A DNA stretch of 63,135 nucleotides, the filler included, from Octopus bimaculoides (lineage: Eukaryota), in the NCBI RefSeq assembly GCF_001194135.2. It is 6 parts of 6 records of this genome, joined end to end, with 100 filler letters (N's around TTAATTAATTAA, not from the genome) between each part and the next. Parts side by side here need not be neighbours in the genome. Positions count along the whole stretch, not along the records: positions 5,756 to 17,821 come from NC_068999.1; positions 17,922 to 44,413 come from NC_068989.1; 4 more parts are not named here. The stretch is one strand, 5' to 3'. This document shows, in pieces, positions 13,124-25,262 of the stretch. Numbering within the stretch: the first letter of the stretch is position 1; the number at the start of each line of letters is the position of its first letter. A program made the translations under genes and the position numbers. Under the pieces are notes generated by a model. The model ran no database searches, was not told where the DNA came from, and saw nothing but the letters and a program-made list of their open reading frames with translations.

Positions 13124-13225
13124 TAACGATAATAATAATAATTATTATTATTATTATTACTATTATTACTATTATTATTCTTATTGTTGTTGTTGTTGTT
13201 GTTTTTGTTGTCGTCGTCGTTGTTA
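13064..13225. repeat. (AAT)n that flips to (ATT)n, then (TTG)n
   Basis: Strand switch of the same trinucleotide at 13140/13141. Confidence 0.95.
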
Positions 13226-14187
13226 TTATCATAATAAAATAATAATAAATTACAGTGTAATATAAAGTTGTTTTTTTTTTGCAACCATATCCTAATAAAG
13301 CAAACATGCTTTAGGAACAGAAATAAACAAAACACACAAAAGCACTAAATAATTAATTTTAATTGATGAAGAAATAATGTGCGAAACGTTAGACTTTACC
13401 TGTTTCTTCCTAACAGCATGAAATTACGTACTTGTATTACTGTTTATTGTTGCTGTTGTCATTTATAATTTATTAAAAAAAAAACCAGTGTCATTCTGAT
13501 ATTTTCTCTCTAGTATTCTTTATCTTTGCTCCCTCTCATTATCTTTCCCTTTCCCTTTCTCTCCTCTCTCCCTCCCACCGTCTCTCTGTTATTAACTAAA
13601 AGACCGACTGTGGGAACACATAGTTACGAGCATAATGGCCAACCTTGCTCAGAATCCTGGAATTTCTGCAGTGATTAACAGCTTCAATTCAAATGCATTT
13701 TTGTTCATCTTCAGACACATTATGCAACCATTTGCCCCGAAACAGACACCACTCTAACATGTAATAATGAATGATTTAGCGCAATATTATCTCACATCTT
13801 CATCTCCCAGAATATTCCCACTAGCAGACTATTTATGTTAAACGTAGTCATTTAGTTTTTACTTTTGTCCTTCGTGACGATGATTGCGTTGTTGATGCTG
13901 CTAATGCTATTGGTGGTGGTGCTGCTGCTGCTGCTGGCGGTGGCGGCGGCAATGTATGATGGTGGTGTTAGTGGTGGCGATGGTGTTGGTGGTGGCGCAG
14001 CAACGTTGGCGAGTGTGTTGATCGGTTGCGACGGTCTCTCTTAAATCTGTGTTATGTCATAACTGTCTCTCCTATATAAGCTAGTTAACAGGAAGTCAAC
14101 TGCCAACTTGGTGAGCCAACGAAATTTATTGCGATTCGCACATTATCTGATTTCACACCCACACGCACACACATATAGACACATGTT

Positions 14188-14261
<74 letters not shown>

Positions 14262-14638
14262 CACATACATACACACATTTTTATGCACGTACATGCATAC
14301 ATACATACGTATATATATGCATGTTTGTCCATGTCTGTATATATATAAATATGTATATATATATATATATATCTACATACACATATATGTATGTGTATAT
14401 TTTTTATCTCGATATCGGATCGGTAGAAAAATAATTTTAGTTTTTTTATTATTCTAAACATCGATGCTTATTTTGGAATAGACTTTTATGCAACTATATT
14501 CTTGTAAGATGCAATTTTGAAGCCAAAGCTTACGTCTATTAATTTATGTTAACAAATAGAATCCGTGAAATTTCCGTAGGTTTCCGTTGGCTGTTTGTTA
14601 TTGTGATGATGGAGACGCCGGCGAAATTGAGGCATGAC

Positions 14639-14708
<70 letters not shown>

Positions 14709-14904
14709 TCAGAGGAAGGGGAGGGTAAGAGAGGGAGAAAATGGAATAGAAAACCATCATTACCATAACTATGAATTGTTCCTTCTTTACTTTATTTGGG
14801 GTACTTCTCTTAGCGTAACCCAAAAAGTAGGTAGGTAGGAACGTACTATTATATTTAATATACAGATGGGTTTAATTTCACTGTTTATTGTTGTTTACAA
14901 CAAA

Positions 14905-15310
14905 AATGTAGAAAACACAAATTCGATTCATTTTGTTGTTCGAGTCCAAAACGGAACACAAAGGAGCAAAACTGCCCACAATACCAACGAGGCACTTGAC
15001 CAGGAGAGTATCAGCGAATTTACAACTCAATATTTCTTGCAAACATTTTGTACAGAAGTCAAAACCCTTGGCCATAAGGAAGCTCGCGCACGACCTTCTG
15101 CGAGTGACAAGGACCAATTGAGAGCTGTTATTGCATCGGATTCACACAAAGCAATTCGAGTATTCGCAAAATGAAAATCAATTGTTACTATTCAACAGTT
15201 GTTAGATATTTGCACCAAATTGGGAAATCAGGAAAAAAAACTTTGCGAATGTGTGCAGCAGTAGCTGAACGGAAAAAGAATCATCGTTATCAAGTATGTT
15301 CCATGAGATA
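14905..15310 (+). pseudogene. Mariner (DD34D-type) transposase N-terminal remnant
   Basis: KTAHNTNEALDQESISEFTTQY..RPSASDKDQLRAVIASDSHKAIR, then YSTVVRYLHQIGKS..KKNHRYQVCSM; matches the two mariner HTH regions. Confidence 0.85.
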
Positions 15311-17469
15311 TATTGGTTTAATCTACTGGTTAATAACATCTCTCTCTTTCTGTGTGTATATATATATATATATATNNNNNNNNNNNNNNNNNNNNNNNNN
15401 NNNNNNNNNNNNNNNNNNNNNNNNNNNNNNNNNNNNNNNNNNNNNNNNNNNNNNNNNNNNNNNNNNNNNNNNNNNNNNNNNNNNNNNNNNNNNNNNNNNN
15501 NNNNNNNNNNNNNNNNNNNNNNNNNNNNNNNNNNNNNNNNNNNNNNNNNNNNNNNNNNNNNNNNNNNNNNNNNNNNNNNNNNNNNNNNNNNNNNNNNNNN
15601 NNNNNNNNNNNNNNNNNNNNNNNNNNNNNNNNNNNNNNNNNNNNNNNNNNNNNNNNNNNNNNNNNNNNNNNNNNNNNNNNNNNNNNNNNNNNNNNNNNNN
15701 NNNNNNNNNNNNNNNNNNNNNNNNNNNNNNNNNNNNNNNNNNNNNNNNNNNNNNNNNNNNNNNNNNNNNNNNNNNNNNNNNNNNNNNNNNNNNNNNNNNN
15801 NNNNNNNNNNNNNNNNNNNNNNNNNNNNNNNNNNNNNNNNNNNNNNNNNNNNNNNNNNNNNNNNNNNNNNNNNNNNNNNNNNNNNNNNNNNNNNNNNNNN
15901 NNNNNNNNNNNNNNNNNNNNNNNNNNNNNNNNNNNNNNNNNNNNNNNNNNNNNNNNNNNNNNNNNNNNNNNNNNNNNNNNNNNNNNNNNNNNNNNNNNNN
16001 NNNNNNNNNNNNNNNNNNNNNNNNNNNNTATATATGTATATATATATATATATATATTTATATATGCATATACATAATACACACACATGCATACATACAG
16101 ACAGACATACATACATACATACATACATACATACATACATACACACAGACACACACAGACACACGCACATACATACATACGTGTTTTTTTTTTGACAGTT
16201 CGACCATTGCAAGAGTCTGCCACACATGCATGGCAATCTGTTAAACATGTACTTCGTTGTTATGATACCAGTTCGTTTCCTTCTTCTTCTTTCTTCATAT
16301 TTTCATGTAGGTTAATGCTCAATCTTTAAAATATGTTTCATACCAACAACAGAAACAAGAATCTCGCGCTCCTCCTTTAACCACCATCAACCCACCTCTA
16401 TCTCATCCAGTATCAACGTCGTGCTCGTCACCATTGCAGAGACCAAATTCCACTGACTCTTTCCTATTCTCTAGATATTCATGTAAAAATAATAAAAGAA
16501 CACAAAATTCTTCCACAAAATGGAAATGCCGAAGCGCAGAGAATGTGATTTATTGCTCCATACAGTGTTTTAGATTCAGTTCTCAATTTGCCTTAATCGA
16601 TAAAGCTAATTTGTTGTCAGGTTTTGGCAGCAAGTCCGGAGTGAGGTGCGGGATGGTGTTGTGATGAAGGAGAAAGAGGTTAGGAAACATCAACAAAACA
16701 ATAAGTAGAAAACGTTATATTTCTATATATATAAAAGAAAAGAAAAGAAAAGAAAAGTGACATTCTGTTTCAAGGTTAATACTTATGATTCGTTTTAAGT
16801 GTTTTGCCGTATTTGCTCCGACTCTTCTAGGTTCTGAGTTCAAATGCAGTTCCCGTCAGCGAAATTCCTTAACAAGACGTTGGTTCGCCCATGGTTATAG
16901 TAGAAGACAGATGCGCATGGTGTTGCGCTCTGGGACTGTAAATGAAACCACGTGGTTACAAAGTGAGTTTCTAAACCACACAGCAATGCGTTGTATCTCT
17001 GTAGTTGATATAATAGACTTGGTCGGGCCACCACAATGAATTAAAATCCAATTGAACAACAGAAACCAAAAATGACCAACATACTAAACTAGTAACAAAA
17101 CAAAGAGGGCGTCACTAGTCACGTCACTGCAAGAAATAGCACCAAAATTCAAATCACAACAAACTCTCTACCTTCTCAAAACAGGTAAGACACATCGCTA
17201 ATGAAGTCTTGAATTCACTGTTTGAATGAAATACAGTGTGGGAGTAGTTGGAACCTCTTTGACTGTAGATGGATCTGTTCAATCAGATTTGTCCTGAGGG
17301 TAAGTTGTGCCGATTAATCTAGTAAGTTGTTCTGAATGTTGATGTTAAAGAGAACAGAATTTTTGGTGTTCAGGCTTTCTTTTTTTTTTTTACTTTTTTC
17401 TAATGATATTTGTCCCAAAATCTATTAGTGTGAAGTCTAGATTCATCTGATCAATTTCTTAAATTTAGA

Positions 17470-17590
17470 AATTCCTCGAAGGGATGAACAGTAAAGTCGA
17501 CCTCGGCGCAATTTGAACACAATTCGTAAAACCCAACGAAATATCACTAAGCATTTTGTTGAGCGTGTTAAAGTTTCTGCCAACCCGCCA
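17470..17590 (-). mobile_element. Family C SINE fragment
   Basis: Reverse complement contains TCAAATTGCGCCGAGGTCGACTTTACTGTTCATCCCTTCGAGG. Confidence 0.65.
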
Positions 17591-17821
17591 CCTTATATAT
17601 ACATAATAATCGTTTCTAGAAGAGGTACAAAGCATAAAATGCCACAAAAGTTCGAGATTACTAGAAGTAGAACAATAACCTGTTATGAAGTCCCTCCTCT
17701 TGTAACATATCTATGTATGATAACCGGAGTTTATTCTTGAATGCTTGGCTGCTTCGGTATTATCGTTAGGAGCTTATATATGTATGCATGTATGTATGTA
17801 TGTGTATATATATATATATAT

Positions 17822-17921
17822 NNNNNNNNNNNNNNNNNNNNNNNNNNNNNNNNNNNNNNNNNNNNTTAATTAATTAANNNNNNNNNNNNNNNNNNNNNNN
17901 NNNNNNNNNNNNNNNNNNNNN
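17822..17921. other. Artificial scaffold linker N44-TTAATTAATTAA-N44
   Basis: Same 100-bp structure as 5656-5755. Confidence 0.95.
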
Positions 17922-18459
17922 CATACACGCAAGTATCAGATACAAACAAATTATTTCTGATTTAGGGGGGGGGGCTGAACAGCAGATTTAGTGGGGGGGG
18001 GTCTCGGGCGATTGAATTGTTACTCTTACTTAACTGGGAGATTAGTTTTATCGATCCAAGTAAAAGCCCGTATTATTGGAATTTGAACTGCGAACGAAGA
18101 AAGGCCTATATGGCAATATATGCCTTACGAAAGTCCTGCCAATCATACACAGTACAATTACACACACACAGAAACACACACAAACAGAGACACAAACACA
18201 TACACACACGTATATATATGTGGGTGTGTATGTGTGTAGGTATGTCATCATATAATTACATAAATGCAGATCACATTAGAGAAAATGGTAATCCAATGCC
18301 AAAGCGAGAGTAAAATATGCTGTTCTTTTGAGGTTCAAAATTCAGCAATGAGTGATTTACTTAGCCGATCATTATCATCAGAGAAGACTGAGTATCTGGA
18401 ACGTCTGTTCCAAAATATCAGTTGTGTAATGACACCTAAGTAGAAGTTTGTGAATTGTT

Positions 18460-18690
18460 TTATCATTTCTTTATTGCCCAGAAGGGGCTAAATATAGAGG
18501 GGACAAACAAGAACAGACAAAGAGATTAAGTCGATTACATCCACCCCAGTTCGTAACTGGTACTTGATTTATCGATCTCGAAAGGATGAAAAGCAAAGTC
18601 GACCTCAGCGGAAATTGAACTCAGAACGTAAAGACGGACGAAATGCCGCTAAGCATTTCACCCGGTGTGCTAACGCTTCTGCTAGCTCGT
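18460..18690 (-). mobile_element. Family C SINE, near full length
   Basis: Minus strand CGAGCTAGCAGAAGCGTTAGCACACCGGGTGAAATGCTTAGCGGC...GAGTTCAATTTCCGCTGAGGTCGACTTTGC... Confidence 0.85.
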
Positions 18691-18729
18691 TATTTGTGAA
18701 TTATTTTAGCTTCCTGTATATGGTGATTG

Positions 18730-18957
18730 CTTGCCACCTAAACGTGGCTGACCCATAGGGGACGATGCTACTGTTGTTTATAGCCCTAAAAAGACATCTC
18801 CTACAGCTGGCTAACGACACGCAGTCTGTGTCCAATCAGTATTTGCGAAGGAGAATCATCGTTCCCATCTCTAGCCTTACGTGATATACACGACCCGGGT
18901 TTCTGGATAGTAACGCTGATAACGGTTACTACCCAGAAACCCAGGTCCGTGTGTATA
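18730..18957 (+). mobile_element. Short dispersed repeat ending in a hammerhead-like motif plus inverted duplication (copy 2)
   Basis: Homologous to 5460-5655; ends ACG-CTGATAA-CGGTTACTACCCA-GAAA-CCCAGG-TC-CGT. Confidence 0.6.
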
Positions 18958-18974
18958 ATGTAAAGCTAGAGGTG

Positions 18975-19006
<32 letters not shown>

Positions 19007-19198
19007 NNNNNNNNNNNNNNNNNNNNNNNNNNNNNNNNNNNNNNNNNNNNNNNNNNNNNNNNNNNNNNNNNNNNNNNNNNNNNNNNNNNNNNNNNNNNNN
19101 NNNNNNNNNNNNNNNNNNNNNNNNNNNNNNNNNNNNNNNNNNNNNNNNNNNNNNNNNNNNNNNNNNNNNNNNNNNNNNNNNNNNNNNNNNNNNNNNNN

Positions 19199-19234
<36 letters not shown>

Positions 19235-19249
19235 CAACTCTAGCTTTAC

Positions 19250-19284
<35 letters not shown>

Positions 19285-20284
19285 TCATACATATATGCAC
19301 GTCAAATTTAGGGTACTGAAGTAGTACCTCTACTATCAGTCGATGAGCCTTCCACATTTGCATGCAAAATATTCTTCTCCGTGTAATTAATCATTCAAAA
19401 CTGTGATTCTTTACTTCTTTACACGGCCTGATTTTTACCAGGTAAAAATTTCGTTCCTTTAATATTGCACAGGATACGTTCAGTTTTCATAAGACAATCG
19501 CATGATTCTTTACCCAAAAGGCCGGCGAATTATAAAATCATCCATCGAAATTTCAATTATTCTTGATTTCAAGTACTAATTTTCAAGATTTTAATTTGTG
19601 AAAATGAAATATCCCTTAGGGTTTATGACATCAGAGCTTCTAGCTAATACAAAGATAGGTCAGTGTGATGTCAATGACATATTCATTTCCTGATTTAAGA
19701 ACACTTTATACTTCCCTCTTTAACTACTTTTCTTCCAGTTACTGGCCTTAAGGACCTAGAAAGAAACTATTCACCCATTTCTTAACAATAGCAAACAATA
19801 GCCTAAACATCTTCTTATGATTTCCTTTGTTGTCAAGTAATCTAATTATAAAAGCTAATTGTCGTTGCTTAAATTGACAAGAAGGCACAAATACATAATA
19901 GAAGTTGTTAGTTGAAAGTACTCAAAGTGCATATTTTGTTCTAAATATACGAGTACGGCATGCATGAATTCTGATGTTGAACAACACACAGGTTTAATTA
20001 AAAACATGTGAGGGATCACACTAAATACTTCAAGCTGTCTCATCCGGTGATCTGCAGCTGTTTCTTTTGCCCTTCCAGTGTATTAAATACTCTTTAGGGC
20101 TTTATTTAGGTGCAATGCTATACATTTTGTAGAAGTGTCTAACTCAATATTATAAATCTCAATTAATTAAGAGACCACCTTTATGTCATCAGGCCTAGAA
20201 TGATAAAAAACACAACAAAATCAACGATGCTCTCAGTTGATGAGAACTCAAAATGTACAGGCATGAAACAGATTACTGCAGTTC

Positions 20285-20369
<85 letters not shown>

Positions 20370-20675
20370 ATATTTCTAAGTCTCTCTAAAGGAGACTATG
20401 GTAGCGGTACTGGATATTAATAGTTATCGCCAAGCCAACATGGCAGTCCAAAAAAAAAAAGGACGAATGCTGCCGTTGATTAGCTCCAAGAGGCGATNNN
20501 NNNNNNNNNNNNNNNNNNNNNNNNNNNNNNNNNNNNNNNNNNNNNNNNNNNNNNNNNNNNNNNNNNNNNNNNNNNNNNNNNNNNNNNNNNNNNNNNNNNN
20601 NNNNNNNNNNNNNNNNNNNNNNNNNNNNNNNNNNNNNNNNNNNNNNNNNNNNNNNNNNNNNNNNNNNNNNNNNNN

Positions 20676-20717
<42 letters not shown>

Positions 20718-23700
20718 TATATATAAAGGAGGCCATTAGATGGACTCCTAATGTGCTAGAAGAAGATCATATGTCATGTGTCTACTAAGACCGAATAATT
20801 CTCAAAGGGAATTTAGCGAAGTAACAAAAACGTAAACGAGCAAGACCAGTAAAAATTACACAAAAAAATACAATTATCTGTAAACATGTTTCGAAGTGTA
20901 ATTTTCAGGAGGTTAACATCTCTGCCAGCTCGCCGCCTTAATCTGCCTTTTTATATTAGACAATCGAGTGTGATTCGGGGATAATTTGTTGCTATTTCTA
21001 GTATGACGCCTTACCATGTAGCGATTCTTTTATCGGCTTGTATAACACTGCTTTCTCTCCAGAAGCAGCATTTTTGTTTGCATATCATTACGTCTCTGTT
21101 TTTGTAGATTTATTTCACAGACATATACCTTATGGACTGCTCTTTCTCGAAACTAGATCAGTCCCTACAATAATACTTCTTATTGAATTGCAGCAAAATA
21201 ATACTGATCAATGATATAGTTTAGAGGACCTGAGCGTATGTGTGTTTCTCTCCTTTCTATAATAGGAAATGCACACGCGTGAACATTTTCTTTAGTACCT
21301 GAAGTTAATTAGCATTTTACTAACTTTGTATCCATTTACGTAGAATTCCATTGTTTGAAGCTTAATTATCCGTTAACAAGTTACATTTTCATAAATGGCT
21401 CGTATTTTATTAGAAGGAGTGGCCCTTACCGAAAACATCATTTTAAAGTAATGTTTTAAATGAAAGTGGTTTATGAAAGTGATTTATGAAGTTTAAAAGG
21501 GAGTGGGCTTAAATGGAAATCGATCTTGTGTCGCCGACACTACTGAAAGAATGCTTACCGTCACTTTTGGTTGTTCGTACGCAGTGGATATAGTTAAACC
21601 GAATAAGCGAATATATGTGTATGAACACAATGAACACATGATACTTAAAGTTATTAATATAATATATTTGCCGTTGGACATTAACAACTTAATGTCTGTC
21701 ATAAAATATATTGGTCTATACTGTTTCCTGTTGCGTCTTAAGTGGAAGAATGAGAAGTGTAAGTACATCACTTACTATTCTATGTAATATTTCAGGGTCG
21801 AAAGTTTAGCAAATATACATAGCTGTAACAGCTGGCGGTCTTCAATCAGATATGATTCTGAATTCCTTCACACCCAAACATAGGTATATTTTATATATTG
21901 CTTTGATTTGCATAGCGTTGCTTTTGTCAGCAATATTAATCTCTAAGTTTTTCAAAAGAGAATAAATCTATGTTTCCTAGCAGCGGGGGTTAAAGATTTT
22001 GCAGAAGAGGTATTATTATTTGTAGAATACATCTCAGGTTTCTATCTTANNNNNNNNNNGTTAGTTTGTTGTATGCAATATCTCGCGGTATTCATTCCGA
22101 TTCACTTAATAATAGATTGAGAAGTAAAGTGACAGACACAAATATTTAACACACAATTCCCTTGTAAAGCTAGGGATATATTATAATTTGTCAGGACCTG
22201 TAATGTCTTGAAATAATTCGAACAATATTCTTTCAGAAAAAAGATGAAAACTGAATGTGGCAAACGAATTAAACTGACATGTACCTACACACCCTGCACC
22301 ACCATCTGAGGTACAATCCATATTTCAATCAACAGTCAATAGTAAGCTTCAAAAGGTGATAACATTCTGTTTCGTTACATGAGAAGGGAGCATCAAAATT
22401 CAAAGTATTGATATTTAAATCAGAATTAACGCAGCTGAAATTTTAAGTAGAACACTTTTTGTTTCATCAATTTAAAACAGCGTTTAAGCTGTGAGTTGCA
22501 CGTTTTCATTTCTATTGATTCTCACCTGCATGATACTTTTATAATATTGCAGCTGAGCAGGGTGGTTGTTTAAATTGTAAGGAAGCTCACAAGATGCTTT
22601 GTGTTATGAACAGCGTAGCTAGCATCTGTGCACGCCTATTCCATCAGGTCAATAATTCTTTAATCGTCAAGAAAGAAATTAAGATGACTGAATCAATATA
22701 GCTGCCAAGATCAAAATACAAAATCACTTAGTAAGATGAAGAGTGAGATTTGAGCGATTTCTAGTTAAAGATATAACGTACTACGGCACTAATGCATGAT
22801 CATATTGCGCAATAAATTATTCCGTATTTGGCCGGATTGCACATCAAAATCGATTCTTTTTTTCTTGCAGATTAAATGCCCTTCATTGACCATTGTCACA
22901 TTGAAAATATAAAGGCAAGAAAGACAAACAAAAACAAACAAAACACAAAAATGGATCTATTTCTATAACAGTGAGGCGGAATATGCGAAATATTTTGTTG
23001 ATGTTTCCGGCAATTTTAGCGTGTATTATTAGCCATTAATTAGCTTTTGCCGTATCTCTGCATGCAAAAGTAGTTGCTTCAATGGGAAAGGCGTGTCTTT
23101 ATAGACCGTTTGTACCTGTTTGCCTGCAATTAAAATTGATCACCGATTTTTCGAAGTACACCACGGCTTACTTCAAGATATGAAATTATATAATCCATTT
23201 GAGTGTGGAGTGGGTGGCTGTCGAAAATTGTCCAAGTTATTGAATGCTTCGAAATAAAATTGTATTAGTACTTGTAGATTATGCTGTTTTTGTGGGTAAA
23301 TAATTCAGAATTGAGTTATATAACACGCCAGATACAGAGGTAATAATTCCTCTGTTATCTACCTGTATATTATGTCGTGGAGTGATTGTAAATCATTGCA
23401 CATCGTCTTTCGGAACGCCGAACAGGCTTAGTCCGGAAATGGTTCAATTTTAGCAATTATCCTATTGTGCCTAAATGTAGGATTTGAGTTGCGGCGAGTG
23501 ATTGTTGTAGCGATGTTGATTAAGATAGTTAATATTTACATTATGCACATCGAAGGGCCTCTGATATTTATGTGTAACCAGAAAGTATTTATCTTATAAA
23601 ACAAAAGTCCATAGTTATACTTCCAGTAATGTTTTAATTATGGGTATATATCTGTGGAATTATTGTACAATATTTTCCAGTTCCTGATTCTCTTTGAATT

Positions 23701-24789
23701 TGGAATGAGTCGGAATTTCACACATAAACTAAGTTTTCCATGGAGACATACTTCGTTAAGGAGTCAGTAATCTATTAGTTGGAGATTATTCCTGTTACTA
23801 AATTCATTATTATCAGTTATGATCATGACTGGATGTAATAACATTACGTACCATGCCTTCGTTTGATTCCTTTATTGCTGATACTTATCGACGTTAAAGC
23901 CTAACGTAATAACTAAGAAATGGACTATGATTAAGTTAGGGAAATACTTATATAGAAGAGGAGCCCTTTGGATAGATCCAACAATATAGACCGTTTATAT
24001 TCTGTGACACTACGTAGTTATTGACTTTATATGTCACTAAGAAAATGAATAGGTTCCCTTCCCCAGAGAGATAGAGGCAGATAGAGAGATACAGAGAGAG
24101 AGAGAGAGAGGGAGAGTAAAGTGTGATAAGAGATCGATTGAATTTGCACTGGTATATAATTTCGGGATGACCTTGAGCAGTAGGTTGTCCGACGTATTTC
24201 ATGCAGATGAAATTGCAACGAATACATAATGAAATTCTAGTATATATTGTTTGTCTTTATTATAGTGCCGAAGATTTATCACATGTAGAACTTTCAGAAG
24301 GAATGATTACGATATGGTTTGGTAAATATTGGCTTGAATGAATTTGTCGATGGCTACTTTTCAGTGTAGATATAACAGGATTTCAATTGAAATACATTTC
24401 CATTGGTCATTCCAAGTCGTACTTTTGATATGAAGATCAATGGCGGTGAAAATACGTATATTAAGTATGTGCAATTCACTTTTGAATTGGGCTTGTAAGC
24501 CGTCATTTGCAGTTCGGAAGAAAATTAAGCAATGCTAGTGATAATTACATGACAGGAAATGCATGCAGGCTTTGAGAGTGGTATTTTCAGCTAAGATTAA
24601 CTTCTTGTCAATCCTTATGATATATGATGTTTTATATAGAGTAGTTAGCAATGTTTTTTTATGTTGCAAATGTCACTGAATAAGAAGTGTATGTGCTCCA
24701 TATTCCGAGTATTGCATTATTCGTTTTATCTTTTGCTTTAACTCAACAGCACACGCCATCTCACTTTGTATACATAGATGCATGTATAC

Positions 24790-25060
24790 GCATTTCCTAG
24801 TGGTTAGGGGGTTGCACTCACAATAACAATAGCGGGATCGTGGATTCAATTTCTGCAACGGGTGGTGCGTTGTGTTTTTGAGGAAAACACTTTGGTTACA
24901 TTGTCCTGCGATCCCCTCGACAGCTGATGTGCGACACACCGTCCACGTCTTCAGGCAGCATCGATTTGATGGAGGGTGTGTGCTCGTGTACAGAGCGTAT
25001 ATTTCATCATTATAACCAAATCATTTGTGCAGACCGTTCAGCAAGAAAATGCAGAACCGT
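24790..25060 (+). mobile_element. Old tRNA-head SINE (family F-like)
   Basis: TAGTGGTTAGGGG A-box-like and GGATTCAATTTC B-box-like motifs, followed by GTTGTGTTTTTGAGGAAAACACTT. Confidence 0.45.
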
Positions 25061-25227
25061 CTTTCAGGGAATACAAGAGACTTCCATCATAAATACATAC
25101 ATACATACATACATACATACATACACACATATATATGTGTGTGAGTGTGTGATTTCCGGGCACCTTAGCCATGTAACAACACGCATGCTATATAGTAATA
25201 TTTTTTCCTTCCTTCTAGACCTTTCCT

Positions 25228-25262
25228 CGTTCAGACGAAGAGCCATACTCGAAACGTCGCAC
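25228..25262 (+). ncRNA. Decayed minimal hammerhead motif
   Basis: CAGACGA-A-GAG-CCATA-CTC-GAAAC-GTC; U4 is changed to A and stem I is not restorable. Confidence 0.45.

Noticed and set aside
15171-16248. Long ORFs of 200-357 aa here and at 26184-26993, 44876-45618 and 57297-57935
   Set aside because: They are open only because they run through N gaps and dinucleotide or trinucleotide repeats.
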